Shown: positions 11,921-22,800 of the stretch, one piece after another
Position numbering within the stretch: position 1 is the stretch's first letter
Layout: every line of letters starts with the position of its first letter
Notes under the pieces: model-generated
The model's database searches: none
Told to the model about the DNA's origin: nothing
The model's input: only the letters and a program-made list of their open reading frames with translations
Program-made: the position numbers and the translations under genes
Assembly (NCBI GenBank): GCA_963785305.1
Contig: CAWAUV010000004.1
Location: 128,001-192,000 of the forward strand
Direction: 5' to 3'
Origin: an uncultured Planctomycetaceae bacterium
GTDB taxonomy: Bacteria; Planctomycetota; Planctomycetia; Pirellulales; PALSA-1355
Length of the DNA stretch: 64,000 nt

Positions 11921-12427
11921 TTGCCGTTGTCGCAGGCCGAATTCAACCAGATGGTGACCGATCACGGCGCGGCGCTGTTCCGGGTCGCGTATCGATTGTT
12001 GGGCGATCGGCACGAAGCCGAAGATATCGTGCAGGAGACCTACCGCTCGGCTTGGAAGAGTCGGCAAGGCTACAAGGCTGGGCTCGGCGAGCGAGCTTGG
12101 TTGTCCTCGATCTTGCGGCGGCGAGCGGTCGATCGTTGGCGTAAACACACGCCCCCCCCGGCGATCGGCGGCGACCAGGTTCAAGAAGCGCGGGTCGATG
12201 CGGTGGATCCGCTGGCCAACGACTTCACCGATGAAATGCAACATGCCCTCAACCGTCTGCCCACGGAGCTGCGCGAGTCGCTGCTGCTGGTGGTGGTCGG
12301 TGAGTTGACCCACCAAGAAGTGGCCGACCTGCTGAATGTGCCGCTGGGCACGGTGCTTTCCCGAGTGAGTCGGGCTCGGGAGCGGCTGCGAGAATATTGG
12401 CTCAACGCGGCGCGATCGCCGGGTTGA
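11921..12427 (+). CDS. ECF-type sigma-70 factor
   Basis: Region 2: LFRVAYRLLGDRHEAEDIVQETY...WLSSILRR. Region 4: LTHQEVADLLNVPLGTVLSRVSRARERL. TTG start at 11921 preceded by AAGGAG. Confidence 0.93.
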   Translation: MPLSQAEFNQMVTDHGAALFRVAYRLLGDRHEAEDIVQETYRSAWKSRQGYKAGLGERAWLSSILRRRAVDRWRKHTPPPAIGGDQVQEARVDAVDPLANDFTDEMQHALNRLPTELRESLLLVVVGELTHQEVADLLNVPLGTVLSRVSRARERLREYWLNAARSPG

Positions 12428-12502
12428 GTTTTCGCGAAATTTTGCAATTGTGCGATTCGGTATGTGCGAGACCGCTCGACTTGAAGTCGATCGAGAAATG
12501 CC

Positions 12503-14956
12503 ATGAGCGAGAACCCTAATCCTTCCGATCCCTGGCTCGACGCGCGGCTCCGCAATGTGCCGCTGCCGGTGGGGCTGCTGCGCCGCTTGGAACAGTTGGC
12601 CGATCCCGAAGTGCTGCGCATGGACCGATCCTTGGTCGATGTGCCGCTGCCCGAGGGCATGCTCGATCGGCTGCGCGATATTTCGCGTTTGGAGCGGCAG
12701 GATTCGCCTTGGCGCCGTGTTTGGGCGCGGCCCCGCGCGGCGTGGGCCGTGGCGGCCTCGTTGCTCTTGGCCCTGGGCGCTGGTTATTGGACGCTACGAA
12801 ACTTCGGCGCGCCGTCGGCCACGCTTGCCGATCCCGACCGTGTCGCCACGGGTCCGGCTTCGGACCCGAAGCCGTTTGCCGGCGACGATTCCAATTCGCG
12901 TTCTTGGGATTCGCCGGAACTGGTCGACGCCGAAATGGCCGAAGGCGAAATGGCCATCGCCTCGGATCTTGAAAACATGGCGATGGAAAATGGCGGGACC
13001 GGAGAGAATCCTCCGCTCGATGTCGATCTCCCCGCCGAGGACGAGCCCCGGTTCGGCGCCGAAGCGTTGGCCGATGACCTGCGAGATTCGCCGCTGAAAA
13101 TGCGACTCGTGCCCGAGCCCAATTTGGATTCAAGGCAAAATCCGCCGCTCGCCAGCGCGCCCAAGAACACGACCAAGGCCGACTCCGGCCATCGCGGCGC
13201 CGACGATCCGCTGGGTTCGGGCGACGGGTTCAGCGAACTGCCCGACCTAGATGAAGTGGCGATTCCCGCCTCACGAGGAATGACTCCGCCGATCGTGGCC
13301 GAGTACGATCTTTTGTTCCAATTGAAATACGGCCAACATCCGATTATTTCGCCGGGAGCGAATCCAGTTCTGCGGACCGTGCAAACGCCGCTCGTTACAT
13401 CGTCGGCGCCTTGGCGACGGATTGCCTCGCTCGTGGCCGAGGGACGGTTGCCATCGCCGGGCGATGTGCGCACCGAAGACTTCTTGGCCGCGCTCGATTA
13501 TCACTTTCCGCCCGCGCCGGAAGCCGGTTTGGCGATCGAAACCGCGGCCGGGCCGGCGCCGCTGGCGGCCGAGGGCTTGTCGCTGTTGCAGGTGGCCGTG
13601 CATGCGGGCGAAGTCAAGAAGGCGCCTCGCCAAGCGACCCACCTCACCTTGGTCGTCGATGGATCGCTCGCCATGCGGCGCTCCGATCGTTGGAATGTGC
13701 TGGGCGAAGTGCTCGATCGGCTCGTCGAGCAAATGCAGCCGCGGGACCGACTCACCGTGATCGCGTTTTCCGAGGAATCCCAGACCGTGATCGACGCCGA
13801 AAGCCCGGAAGAACTGCTTCGCGAAGGCTCGGGTCGGCTGACTCGGGCAATTGAAGCCGTCGAAGGCCGACCCGCGGCGAATCTGGCCGCCGGCGTGCAA
13901 TGGGCCAGTCGCTGGATCTCGCGCGCCGCCGAAGCCGCTCAGGCTCGCCCGGCCAATGTTTCAGCGCCGGCCAATGCCGCGGATCCGGCCAATGCCGTGG
14001 ATTTAGCCAACGCAGCCGCGCCGGCGCGGCGCATGGTGATCATCAGCGGCGGACGAGTCGATTCCGGCGAGCATTTTGCCGAGCAAGTGCAGTCGCGACT
14101 CACGGAACTTGTCGACGCCGGGCTGGTCGTGCAAGTGGTCGACATGGCGCCCGACAATCGCCCGACCGGCTCGCTCGACGCTTGGGCCCGCGCCGGCCGA
14201 TCGCGGCTTGGTCGCGCGGCCGATCCGCGGGTGCTCGCTTGGCGGTTGCTTGAGGGGTTGCTTGGTCACGAACCGGTGGTTGCCCAGCAGGTGACGCTGC
14301 GGGTGACCTTCGAGCCGGAGGTCGTGGCCAGCTATCGCCTGCTGGGACATGAGCGCGAGTATCACTGGGCCCGCGACCGTCGAGACTGAAATCGATCTGC
14401 GTTCGGGTGAAACCGCCACGGCGCTCTTCGAGCTCACGCTCAAGCCGGGCCCAAAGAACAAAGTGGCCGTGGTGGCGTGCGATTGGCGGCGTCCGGACTA
14501 TGGCAAGCACGAGTCACTGCAAAAGCAGGCGCTGCGCGATCAGTTCGCGCCGACGTTTGCCGCGGCGCCGCAATCGTTGCAAATGGCCGCGGTGGCGGCC
14601 TTGGCGGCGGAGTCGCTCCGGGGCTCGTATTCGTGCCGGCGAATCGATCCCTCGCCCGAGTCGAAGAACTGAGTCGGCAAGTGCTCAAAGTCGCCGCCGA
14701 CAATACGAGTTTCGTGGCGCTCGCGCGATTCGTTCGCCAAGCCGAGCGAGTTCGCACCCATCGCGTGAAGCCGGGGAACACGAAGAGCGCGGCGGTCGCG
14801 AAGCCCGCGGTTAGTGCTTCCGAAGCCGGTAAGACCGAGGCCGGCAGGCCGGCGCCGGCGCCGGCCAAGTCAGCGCCCGCCGGCCCCCGCGAGTGGGACT
14901 TCGCGCGACGGTTTCCGGCCCGCCCGCTGCTTGCCGCCGTGGAGTGGAGCGGCTAG
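12503..14956 (+). CDS. Putative anti-sigma factor fused to a YfbK-like vWA/DUF3520 region; frameshifts near 14355 and 14635
   Basis: Duplicated N-terminal motif (LRNVPLPVGLLRRL / LVDVPLPEGMLDRL), TM helix WAVAASLLLALGAGYW, then an acidic linker. After that come LPSPGDVRTEDFLAALDYHFP, vWA strand HLTLVVDGS, VTFEPEVVASYRLLGHE and DLRSGETATALFEL. Confidence 0.8.
13949..14020 (+). repeat. Intragenic 18-bp tandem repeat, 4 imperfect copies, encoding PANVSA-PANAAD-PANAVD-LANAAA
   Basis: ccggccaatgtttcagcg / ccggccaatgccgcggat / ccggccaatgccgtggat / ttagccaacgcagccgcg. Confidence 0.8.
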
Positions 14957-14982
14957 TCTGGAAGTATGCGGCCTGAGTGTTA

Positions 14983-15034
14983 AGAGCCAATCCGACAACT
15001 CCCCCTCTCCGCGCATGGGAGAGGGTAGCGTGAG
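14983..15034 (+). repeat. Palindromic dispersed repeat, copy 2 of 3 (3' part truncated or diverged)
   Basis: agagccaatccgacaactccccctctccgcgcatgggagagggtagcgtgag aligns with 384-435. Confidence 0.8.
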
Positions 15035-15153
15035 GCCCTGGAATTTCCGCCCGGCCCGAGCGATCCACTTCGTCCCTCGGGTATCGGCGCCAATGCGTGC
15101 TCGGGCCGCCGCGAAGCAATTCGATCCCGACTTACTTGCAAGGCAGAGGAACC

Positions 15154-16212
15154 ATGACAATGCGAGCAATGGCCGCGGCCGCGATCTGCGCGGCGCTCAC
15201 GATAGCGCCTGGCTTGGCTCGAGGCGTGGATAGCTTGAAGCCGAAAGATGGTGGCCCCAGCATCAGCGGGGTCAGCGAGATCTCGAAATATGAAGTCACC
15301 ATGCAGCAAGGCGCGATCACCAAGAAGATTCCGGTCAATGAGATCGACTACATGGTCTTCGAGCTCGAGCCGATCGAACTGAAGACGGCCCGCGTCGAGG
15401 CGGGCAAGGGTGAATTCGCCGAGGCGGCCAAGACTCTCGGCAAGATCAAGGCGGCCGATATCCGCCGGCCCGAAATCAAGGCCGAATTTCAATTCTACAA
15501 GGCCCAAGCCGCCGCGAAGCTCGCCATTGCCCAAGGCTCGCCGAAGGTGATCGCCGAAGCCGGTCGGCAACTCATGGCGTTCGAGAAAGAGTTTCCCGAG
15601 AGCTTCCATTATCTCGAAGCCTGCGAGTCGCTGGGCGACCTGCTGGTGTCGCTCGGCAAATACGACTTGGCGGCCGTGTACTATGAAAAACTGGCCGCGG
15701 CGCCCTGGCCCGACTACAAGATGCGCGCCATGTTGCTGCTCGCGCAGTCGCTCGAAGCGCAAAAGAAATACAAGGAAGCGATTACCGAATACGACGCGAT
15801 CATCGCCTTCAACGCCGATGGTCCCGAGGCCGATCACGAGAAAAGTTTGGCGCGGTTGGGTCGGGCATCGTCGCTGGCGGGCATGGGAAAAACGGCCGAG
15901 GCGATCAAATTGCTTCAGCAGTTGATCGAGAAGGGCAGCGACAGCGATGGCGATGAATACTTCGGCCGCGCCTACAATGCGCTCGGAACCTGTTACAAGG
16001 CCGATGGTAAAACCAAGGCCGCGCTCCAGGCCTTCTTGCACACCGACTTGCTCTACAATCACGCCTCCGCCGAGCATGCCCAGGCGCTGGCCAACTTGGC
16101 GGTCCTGTGGCCGGCCGTGAATCAAGGTCGCCGCGGCATGGAAGCGACCAAGACGCTCAAGGATCGCTATCCGCTGAGCGAATGGGCCCGCCCGGGCGCC
16201 GTCAAACCGTAG
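15154..16212 (+). CDS. Secreted tetratricopeptide-repeat protein
   Basis: AGAGG then ATG 15154, signal peptide, and helical repeats (LGDLLVSLGKYDLAAVYYEKL; AYNALGTCY...ALQAFLHTDLLY). Confidence 0.8.
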   Translation: MTMRAMAAAAICAALTIAPGLARGVDSLKPKDGGPSISGVSEISKYEVTMQQGAITKKIPVNEIDYMVFELEPIELKTARVEAGKGEFAEAAKTLGKIKAADIRRPEIKAEFQFYKAQAAAKLAIAQGSPKVIAEAGRQLMAFEKEFPESFHYLEACESLGDLLVSLGKYDLAAVYYEKLAAAPWPDYKMRAMLLLAQSLEAQKKYKEAITEYDAIIAFNADGPEADHEKSLARLGRASSLAGMGKTAEAIKLLQQLIEKGSDSDGDEYFGRAYNALGTCYKADGKTKAALQAFLHTDLLYNHASAEHAQALANLAVLWPAVNQGRRGMEATKTLKDRYPLSEWARPGAVKP

Positions 16213-16288
16213 CGGCGCCAGGCGCGTTTGCGAGCTCGCGGCCCCCGGGGCCGGCAGCTGCGGTTCGCGCGAGCTCAACCGCGTGAAT

Positions 16289-17224
16289 TCAACCGCGCGG
16301 GTGGCAGCGCTTGTGGACGGCTTTGAGCCGCGTGGGGTCGACGTGGGTATAGATTTGCGTGGTGGCGATGCTCGCATGGCCGAGCATTTCTTGCACCTGC
16401 CGCACATCGGCCCCGCCCGCGAGCAGATGCGTCGCGAAGCTGTGCCGTAAGCTGTGCGGGCTGCGGTCGGGATCGATGCCGACGCTCGCCGCGTATTTTT
16501 TGAACAGCTCCCAGATGCGCTCGCGCCGCAGCCGCGCCCCGCGGCGACTGACGAACAGCCATTCCGGCGTCGGCTCGACTTTCGCGACGAGTTTCGGTCG
16601 CTCGTGCTCCAAGTAGTCGGCGATTGCCCGCGCGGCCTGGGCGCCCAGCGGCACGATGCGCTCCTTGCCGCCTTTGCCGCGGCAGCGGCAGATTCGCTCA
16701 TCGAGTCGGGCATCGGCCAGCCGCATGTCCGACACCTCGCTCGCGCGGCAACCGGTGGCGTAGAGCACTTCCAAAAGCGCCCGATCGCGGCGCCAAAAAT
16801 CCTCTCCAGCCGCCGGACTCTCGACGAGGCGATTCACCGCCGTGGCGGCAATCGCGCGTGGCACCCGCTCCCAAAGTTTTTGGCTGCCCAAGAGCTCCGA
16901 GGGATTGTCGCCCAAGACGCCTTCGAGTTGCAAATAACGGCAAAACACCTTGAGCGAGGCGATATGCCGGGCAATGCTGGCCGGGGCCAAGTTTCGCGTG
17001 TGCAGCCAGCCGGCGTAGTCGGCGAGCTCTTGAATCGTGATCGTGCGCAAGGCGCGAGCGCCGAGCCAATCGAAAAACTTCGTCAGATCTCGGCGATAGG
17101 CGGCGATCGAGTTTTCCGAAAGTTGCCGCTCGCCGCGAATATGATTGATGAAATGGTCGAGCCAGCGGCCGGCTTCTTGCGGCGCCGTGACTTTGACCGG
17201 TTTCAACACCCGACGTGGCGGCAT
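16289..17224 (-). CDS. xerD: Site-specific tyrosine recombinase XerD
   Basis: ERQLSENSIAAYRRDL, RDRALLEVLYATGCRASE, GKGGKERIVP, SPHSLRHSFATHLL and QEMLGHASIATTQIYTHV...HPRG. The R-K-H-R-H-Y catalytic set is intact. Confidence 0.9.
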   Translation of the reverse strand: MPPRRVLKPVKVTAPQEAGRWLDHFINHIRGERQLSENSIAAYRRDLTKFFDWLGARALRTITIQELADYAGWLHTRNLAPASIARHIASLKVFCRYLQLEGVLGDNPSELLGSQKLWERVPRAIAATAVNRLVESPAAGEDFWRRDRALLEVLYATGCRASEVSDMRLADARLDERICRCRGKGGKERIVPLGAQAARAIADYLEHERPKLVAKVEPTPEWLFVSRRGARLRRERIWELFKKYAASVGIDPDRSPHSLRHSFATHLLAGGADVRQVQEMLGHASIATTQIYTHVDPTRLKAVHKRCHPRG

Positions 17225-17409
17225 GGGCGGCGCCTCACTTCCTGGCGTTAAGCGTTCTGGAGCGAACCGCCGCGGTTTCGGCCTCTCCCGCGCGGGTCGC
17301 CGGTTCGCGCGGCGCGGCCAATCGATTATGCTGTCGGTCGCAACGCGGCCGATCCGAGCGACAGGGCCGACAACATACTTACTTCCCCCAGTGGCGCGAA
17401 AGCGTTCCC

Positions 17410-18417
17410 ATGAAAATTCTCGTCACCGGCGGGGCCGGTTATATCGGATCGCACGCCGTGCGGTTGCTCGAGCGGGCGGGCCATGAGCCCTGGGTTTACG
17501 ACAATCTCGGCGTGGGCCATCGACAGGCCGTTCCGGCCGGCCGGCTTATCGAGGGCGACCTCCACGACGGCGCTCGGCTCACCGCCACTCTGGCCGCCGG
17601 CGGCTTCGAGGCGGTGATGCACTTCGCGGCCTTTGCCCTGGTGGGCGAATCAGTGAGCGATCCGGCAAAGTATTATCGCAACAATGTGGTCGCGAGCTTG
17701 ACCCTGCTCGACGCAATGCGCGCCGCCGGCGTTTGGCGGATCGTCTTTTCCAGCACCACCGCCACCTATGGTGTGCCCGATCGCACACCGATCGCCGAAA
17801 CCCAGCGTCAGAATCCGATCAATCCCTACGGTTTCGCCAAACTCGTGATCGAGCGGGCCCTGGACGACTATGCGGCTGCCTATGGCATTGGCTATGCCGC
17901 CCTGCGCTATTTCAATGCGGCCGGCGCTTCGCCCGAGGGCGATATCGGCGAAGACCATCAGCCCGAATCGCATTTGATTCCGATCGTATTGCAAGTAGCC
18001 CTCGGGCAGCGAGATAAAATCACGATCCACGGCGACGACTATCCCACGCCCGACGGTACTTGCATTCGCGACTATATTCATGTCGACGATCTCGGAGCGG
18101 CCCATGTGCGGGCGATCGACTTGCTCGAGCCCGGCGAGGGACTGAAGCTCAATCTGGGCGTGGGCCGCGGCCATAGTGTGCGCGAGGTGATCGAAGCCTG
18201 CCGGAGAGTGACGGGCCACCCGATTCCCGCGGAAGTGGGACCGCGCCGGGAGGGCGATCCGCCGGAACTGGTCGCCGACGCGTCGCTGGCAAATCGCACG
18301 CTCGCTTGGCGACCGCGATACACGGAGATCGAACCGATCGTGGCCACGGCCTGGCGCTGGCACCGGTCACACCCCGCGGGCTATGGTGATCGCCCGTCGG
18401 GTGCGCGAGCGCAATGA
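17410..18417 (+). CDS. galE: UDP-glucose 4-epimerase
   Basis: MKILVTGGAGYIGSH, HFAAFALVGESV, NPYGFAK, LRYFNAAGA and DYPTPDGTCIRDYIHVDDL. Confidence 0.95.
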   Translation: MKILVTGGAGYIGSHAVRLLERAGHEPWVYDNLGVGHRQAVPAGRLIEGDLHDGARLTATLAAGGFEAVMHFAAFALVGESVSDPAKYYRNNVVASLTLLDAMRAAGVWRIVFSSTTATYGVPDRTPIAETQRQNPINPYGFAKLVIERALDDYAAAYGIGYAALRYFNAAGASPEGDIGEDHQPESHLIPIVLQVALGQRDKITIHGDDYPTPDGTCIRDYIHVDDLGAAHVRAIDLLEPGEGLKLNLGVGRGHSVREVIEACRRVTGHPIPAEVGPRREGDPPELVADASLANRTLAWRPRYTEIEPIVATAWRWHRSHPAGYGDRPSGARAQ

Positions 18418-18789
18418 GACTCTTTGCGCGGCGGTGAAGTGAGTTCGAGAGCCGGCAAACTTTTTGGGATATCTTAAAAAGTTTGCTTCACGGGGATTGT
18501 CGCCGTAGAATTCCAATTGGCGGGTGCAAATGCGAGTGCCACGCGAAATGTCGCGAATGCGTGGCCCCGGAAAATTTTGTTTACCCTGGCGAACGGAGAA
18601 AGAAATCACGGAGGAGCCGCGCGAACGGGCGCTGATCTTGCTCACGGGATCGCCGGTCGCGCGTGTTAAGATAACAGCCTGAAATGACCACCGCGTGAAC
18701 CGGAATTTTTCTGGCGCGGCGTTTGCAGCGTTCTCATATAGCCCATCGGGCGCACCTTCGCGTCCTCGCGGGTTAAAGGAGCGTTCGAC

Positions 18790-19844
18790 ATGAGTCTTTC
18801 TCTTGGCTTTTTCGCTGTCGTAACCAAGCATCGGCGTCATCTCGACGCGTTCCGATTCCATCCCAGCGTGACCTCGCTCGAGGAGCGACGCATGCTCTCC
18901 GCCTCGGCGGTCGGCAATCAGCTCGGTTCGACCGTGAGCCCCAGCCAAACGACCGGCGCTCCGGCCAATAATGGCGCTACCGGTAGCTCAACCTCGAACG
19001 TCGGAAATTCGAGCGGGGCGGGCGCCGCCGAATCGTCCACGGCGGTCTCGAGCGTGCCAGCGGCATCGGGCAACTACGCCTCCACGACGCTTGCGGCCCA
19101 GTTGCAAGCGGCGCAAAGCACGCAAATCGTGGGCGACGTGCCGAGCGCGACCGGCTTTTCGGCGCCGGTGCCGGCCGTGGTCGCCGTGTTTACCGCCCAG
19201 CACGCGCCGACGGATTCCATCGTGCCGGTGGCGCCGTTGCGAGTGTTGACCTTTGTCAATCCGCCGCCGAAGCCGATTCCGCTCACTGGCGGCGATGTGC
19301 AGCAAAACGCGCCGGCGCCCACCAAGCCGCTTGGTCCCGCGCTGCCGCCGACATCTTCGGATCTTTCCAATGAAGCGCGCGATCAGGTGCTGCAAGAATT
19401 TGCCCGGCCAAAGGAACAGCAATCGGAACCGGTCGACACCAAGACAATCGATCGACTGCTTCGCGACATCACCGAGCCGGATGCGCCGGCAATCAACCCC
19501 GCGCGGGATTTGAACGACGATCAATCTCGGGTCGCGCCGCCATCGACGGACAGTGCGGTTGACGCCGGCTCGGTTGGCGCCGGCGCGGTCGAGGCCCCGG
19601 ATGTGTTTCAGGCAATGGAAGCGACGCCGGTGACGCGTTATGACGAAGCGGCGTCGACGGTCGCGATTGCGGTCGACGGACCGGCGCGCGCGCGGGTGTC
19701 GACACCCCGCGCTGGTCGAGTTTGGCCGCGGTGGCGGTGGCGATGGCCACGCTTAGTGGCTTGGAGACGGAGCGGAAGCCGATGGGGCAACTCGGAGGCG
19801 TGGCGAAGTCCGTGCAACCGCTCGAGCGCAGCGCGAGAGCGTGA
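18790..19844 (+). CDS. Low-complexity protein with a planctomycete LExR-x-LLS-type N-terminal motif; frameshift near 19690
   Basis: AAGGAG before ATG 18790, and FRFHPSVTSLEERRMLS followed by a Ser/Ala/Pro-rich body. The shifted frame gives WSSLAAVAVAMATL (hydrophobic) and TGA at 19842-19844. Confidence 0.65.
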
Positions 19845-19857
19845 GTCGGAGCTTGCC

Positions 19858-22800
19858 TTGAACAAGGTCTCGCTACTTCTGGCGCTTTTTTGCCCGCGAC
19901 GCTGGCTGTATTTGGCCCGGCCCGCTGGTCCGGCGCTCAAGCCACGACGGATGCGGCCGACGCCAACCCAATTAACGCCGCCGACGCCGATATCGCGATC
20001 CGGCGCGGCGCGTCGATTTTGCGAATTTGGCCAATACCGCGAGGCCGAGCAAGCGCTCGGAAATTTGTGCGCGAAATCCGCGCCAACAAGCTCGGGCCTC
20101 ATGCGGTCGGCGCCTTGCAGTTGATGGCGCGAATCGACTTCGAGTCGGGCCGTTACCACGAAGCGGTCGTGTTCGCGCGGCGTTACGAGCAATTTCTTGC
20201 CCGGCTCGGCAATACGAATGCCGAGACGATCGCCCAGCGGCAAGCGATTCTGGTGCTCGAAGCCGAGTCGCGGCTCGCGCTCGGCAACCAGTCCGAAGCC
20301 GAAAAGCTGTTCGACGAAGCAATCGCGCTCCCCGGCGGGCTGCGCGAGGCCGATCCGCTATGGCAAGCCCGCGTCGCCCTGGTGCGCGCCAAGCGGCCGA
20401 TTCACGTCGGGACAGCGCCACGGCGCTACGATTTTGGAAGCAGGTCGAATCGCTCTGCCGACAAACGCTTTCGCGGCCGGCGAGCGGATCGTTGCGCGCC
20501 GCATCGCGGGCAAGCAGCGCAACTGGCGAAGATCGCGCTCCTGAAAATGGACGAAGCCCCCGCCGCGCTCGCGCTTTTGGAAGACGAGCGCGCGCGGCTC
20601 TCCGCGCGCGATCCGGACCATGTCGCGCTTTTAAGCGACATTGCCGACTGCCAGCGGCGAATGCACGATGAGCCCAAGGCGCGGCAGGCGCTCGTGACCG
20701 CGTTGGGCTTCGTCGGGCAAGACGAGCGAGGCGCCCAGAGCGCGGAGTTTGCCGATCTGCTCGACCAACTGGGCGCCAGTCATGCGCGAAGCCACGACTC
20801 GGCGCGCGCCGAAGCCTACTGGCGCAAAAGCGCCTCGATCCTCGAAAAACTTTGCGCCGCGCCGGCGAGCGATCCCCGCTCGCACGCCCTGCGAGCCGAA
20901 TACCACCAGCGACTCGAACGCATCTATCAGCGGCTCGAGGATTGGACGGCCGGCGCTCGGGTTGCCGCGAGGCTGCTCGTGTATCGCGAAAAAACGCTCG
21001 TGCCCGATGATCCCGCGATCTGGCGGAGCAAGACCGCGCTGGGCGAATTTTACGCCCATGCCCACGACGACGCGCATGCTCGCCCGCTCCTCGCCGATGC
21101 GCTGCGCTACTGGCAAGCGCGGCGCCCGGAGTCGAGCCTCGAAGTGGCGGGCGTGCTCAATAGTTTGGCCGCGATCGCGCTGCGGGCCGGCGATTCGGGC
21201 GAGGCAATGGTGCGCTTCGAGCAAGCGGCGCCGCTATGCCGCGGCGTGTTTGGCCCGGCGAGCATCGAGAACATCGAAGTTCAAAGCCAACTGGCCGCCA
21301 TGCTCGCGGCCCAGGGACAAACCCAACTGGCGAGCGACCACTATCGGCAAGCGCTCGACGCTTGTCGCGCCGCCGCGATCGAAGGCGAGCCGCGAGCCGA
21401 GAAGCTGCTGGTCGGGCTGCAACTGAGTCTCATGAGCCTCTATCGCGGCGAGCGCCAATATGCGCAAGCCGCCGAACTTTGCGAGCAATCGCTCGACGCC
21501 TACCGTCGCGATCATCCGGGCCACGACCAAGTCTTGCTCCTCTTTTATCTCGCCGCCGGCTCGTTGCGATTGGCCGAGCACGAATCGCGCGGCGAGGCGG
21601 CGATCGACGATTCGCATTTGACCATGGCTGAAAAACTCGCCGCCGACGCCATCGAGCTCTGCAAACGTGCCGGCCAAGCCGAAAAACCCACGGGCGCCAC
21701 GGTCGACATGCTCGCGGGCGTCGTCGCCTTCGAGCGTGGCGACCTTTCCACGGCCGAAGCCCGGTTTCGGCGGCGCGGCCTCGATCGCGGTGCGCATTCA
21801 CGACGCGCCACTCGCGACGAAGTGCGATGTTTGGCTGGCCGCCGTCCAGTGGCGTCGGGCGGGCACGCTCACGGGTAAAGCAAAGCATGCGGCCCTGGCC
21901 GCCGCGCTGGCGCAGGCCCAGAGCGCGAGCGACGAGCAGGCTCACGGAGAATACGCGAGCCCACGGTTCATGGCGGATCTGATCGCGGCCCAAGCGCGGC
22001 GGGAGTTGGGCGATCACGCGGCGGCGGTCGCGACATTGACCGAAGCGGTAAAGAAAATCGCGTCGCCCCGCGCTGCCGCGATCGGCACGGACAGCGATCG
22101 CGCCGAGTTTTTCTCCCATTTTCGCGAGGCGTTCGACTTGCTCGTCGATTGGCGGGTGGCCGATGGTCAACCCTTGGCGGCGCTTGGCGTGGCCGAGAGC
22201 GGCGGAATCACGCATATCTCGACCACTTATCCCTCGCCTGTGTCGACGGGCGCATTCCGCCCTCGGGCTCGGAGCAGGCGCGGCGAATCGCGGAGCAGCG
22301 AGGCGCCGTGGCCGAGTATCACCGCGCGGTGCGTCGCTTGCGCGAAGTTTCGGACCGGCCCGGCGGCGAGGAGGCGATTCGCGCGGGTGTCGAGGAGATC
22401 GCGGCGCTGCGTCGCAAGTATTCGCGATTGGAAACGACCCTGCGCAACGAAAGCCCCTATTGCCGCAGCCTGTGGGGCGACCCAGCAGCATCGCCCGATT
22501 GGACGCAGGTGACCGCGAAGCTGCTTTCGCCGGATGTGTCTTTGCTGTACTACCATTTCGGTGGGGCGAAAAGCTATCTGTTTCTGGTGTCGCCCAACGA
22601 CAGCGGTGGCGAGCGGGCGCCACGAGTCGACGCGATCGAACTCCGGGCGCCCGAGCGACTGGCGCGTCGCGCGGGCGGCGAGCCCGGGCCGGTGTCGCGG
22701 CGCTTGGCGAAGGGGATTTTCGAAATCGCGTGGCGCGAGCTCGCGCTGCCCCCCGCCGCGGAATCTCGCGCGGCTTCGTCGTCGGCCGCTGGCGCCGATT

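Noticed and set aside
14980..16713. Long antisense or alternative-frame ORFs (for example 14980-16713, 40893-42794, 54349-55686, 49782-51038, 36089-37009)
   Set aside because: These are shadow ORFs of real high-GC genes, Arg/Ala/Pro-rich and without recognisable motifs.
16289..17224. Tyrosine recombinase as a prophage or island integrase
   Set aside because: Length, N-terminus and C-terminal HPR match housekeeping XerD. No att/tRNA site or phage genes are nearby.
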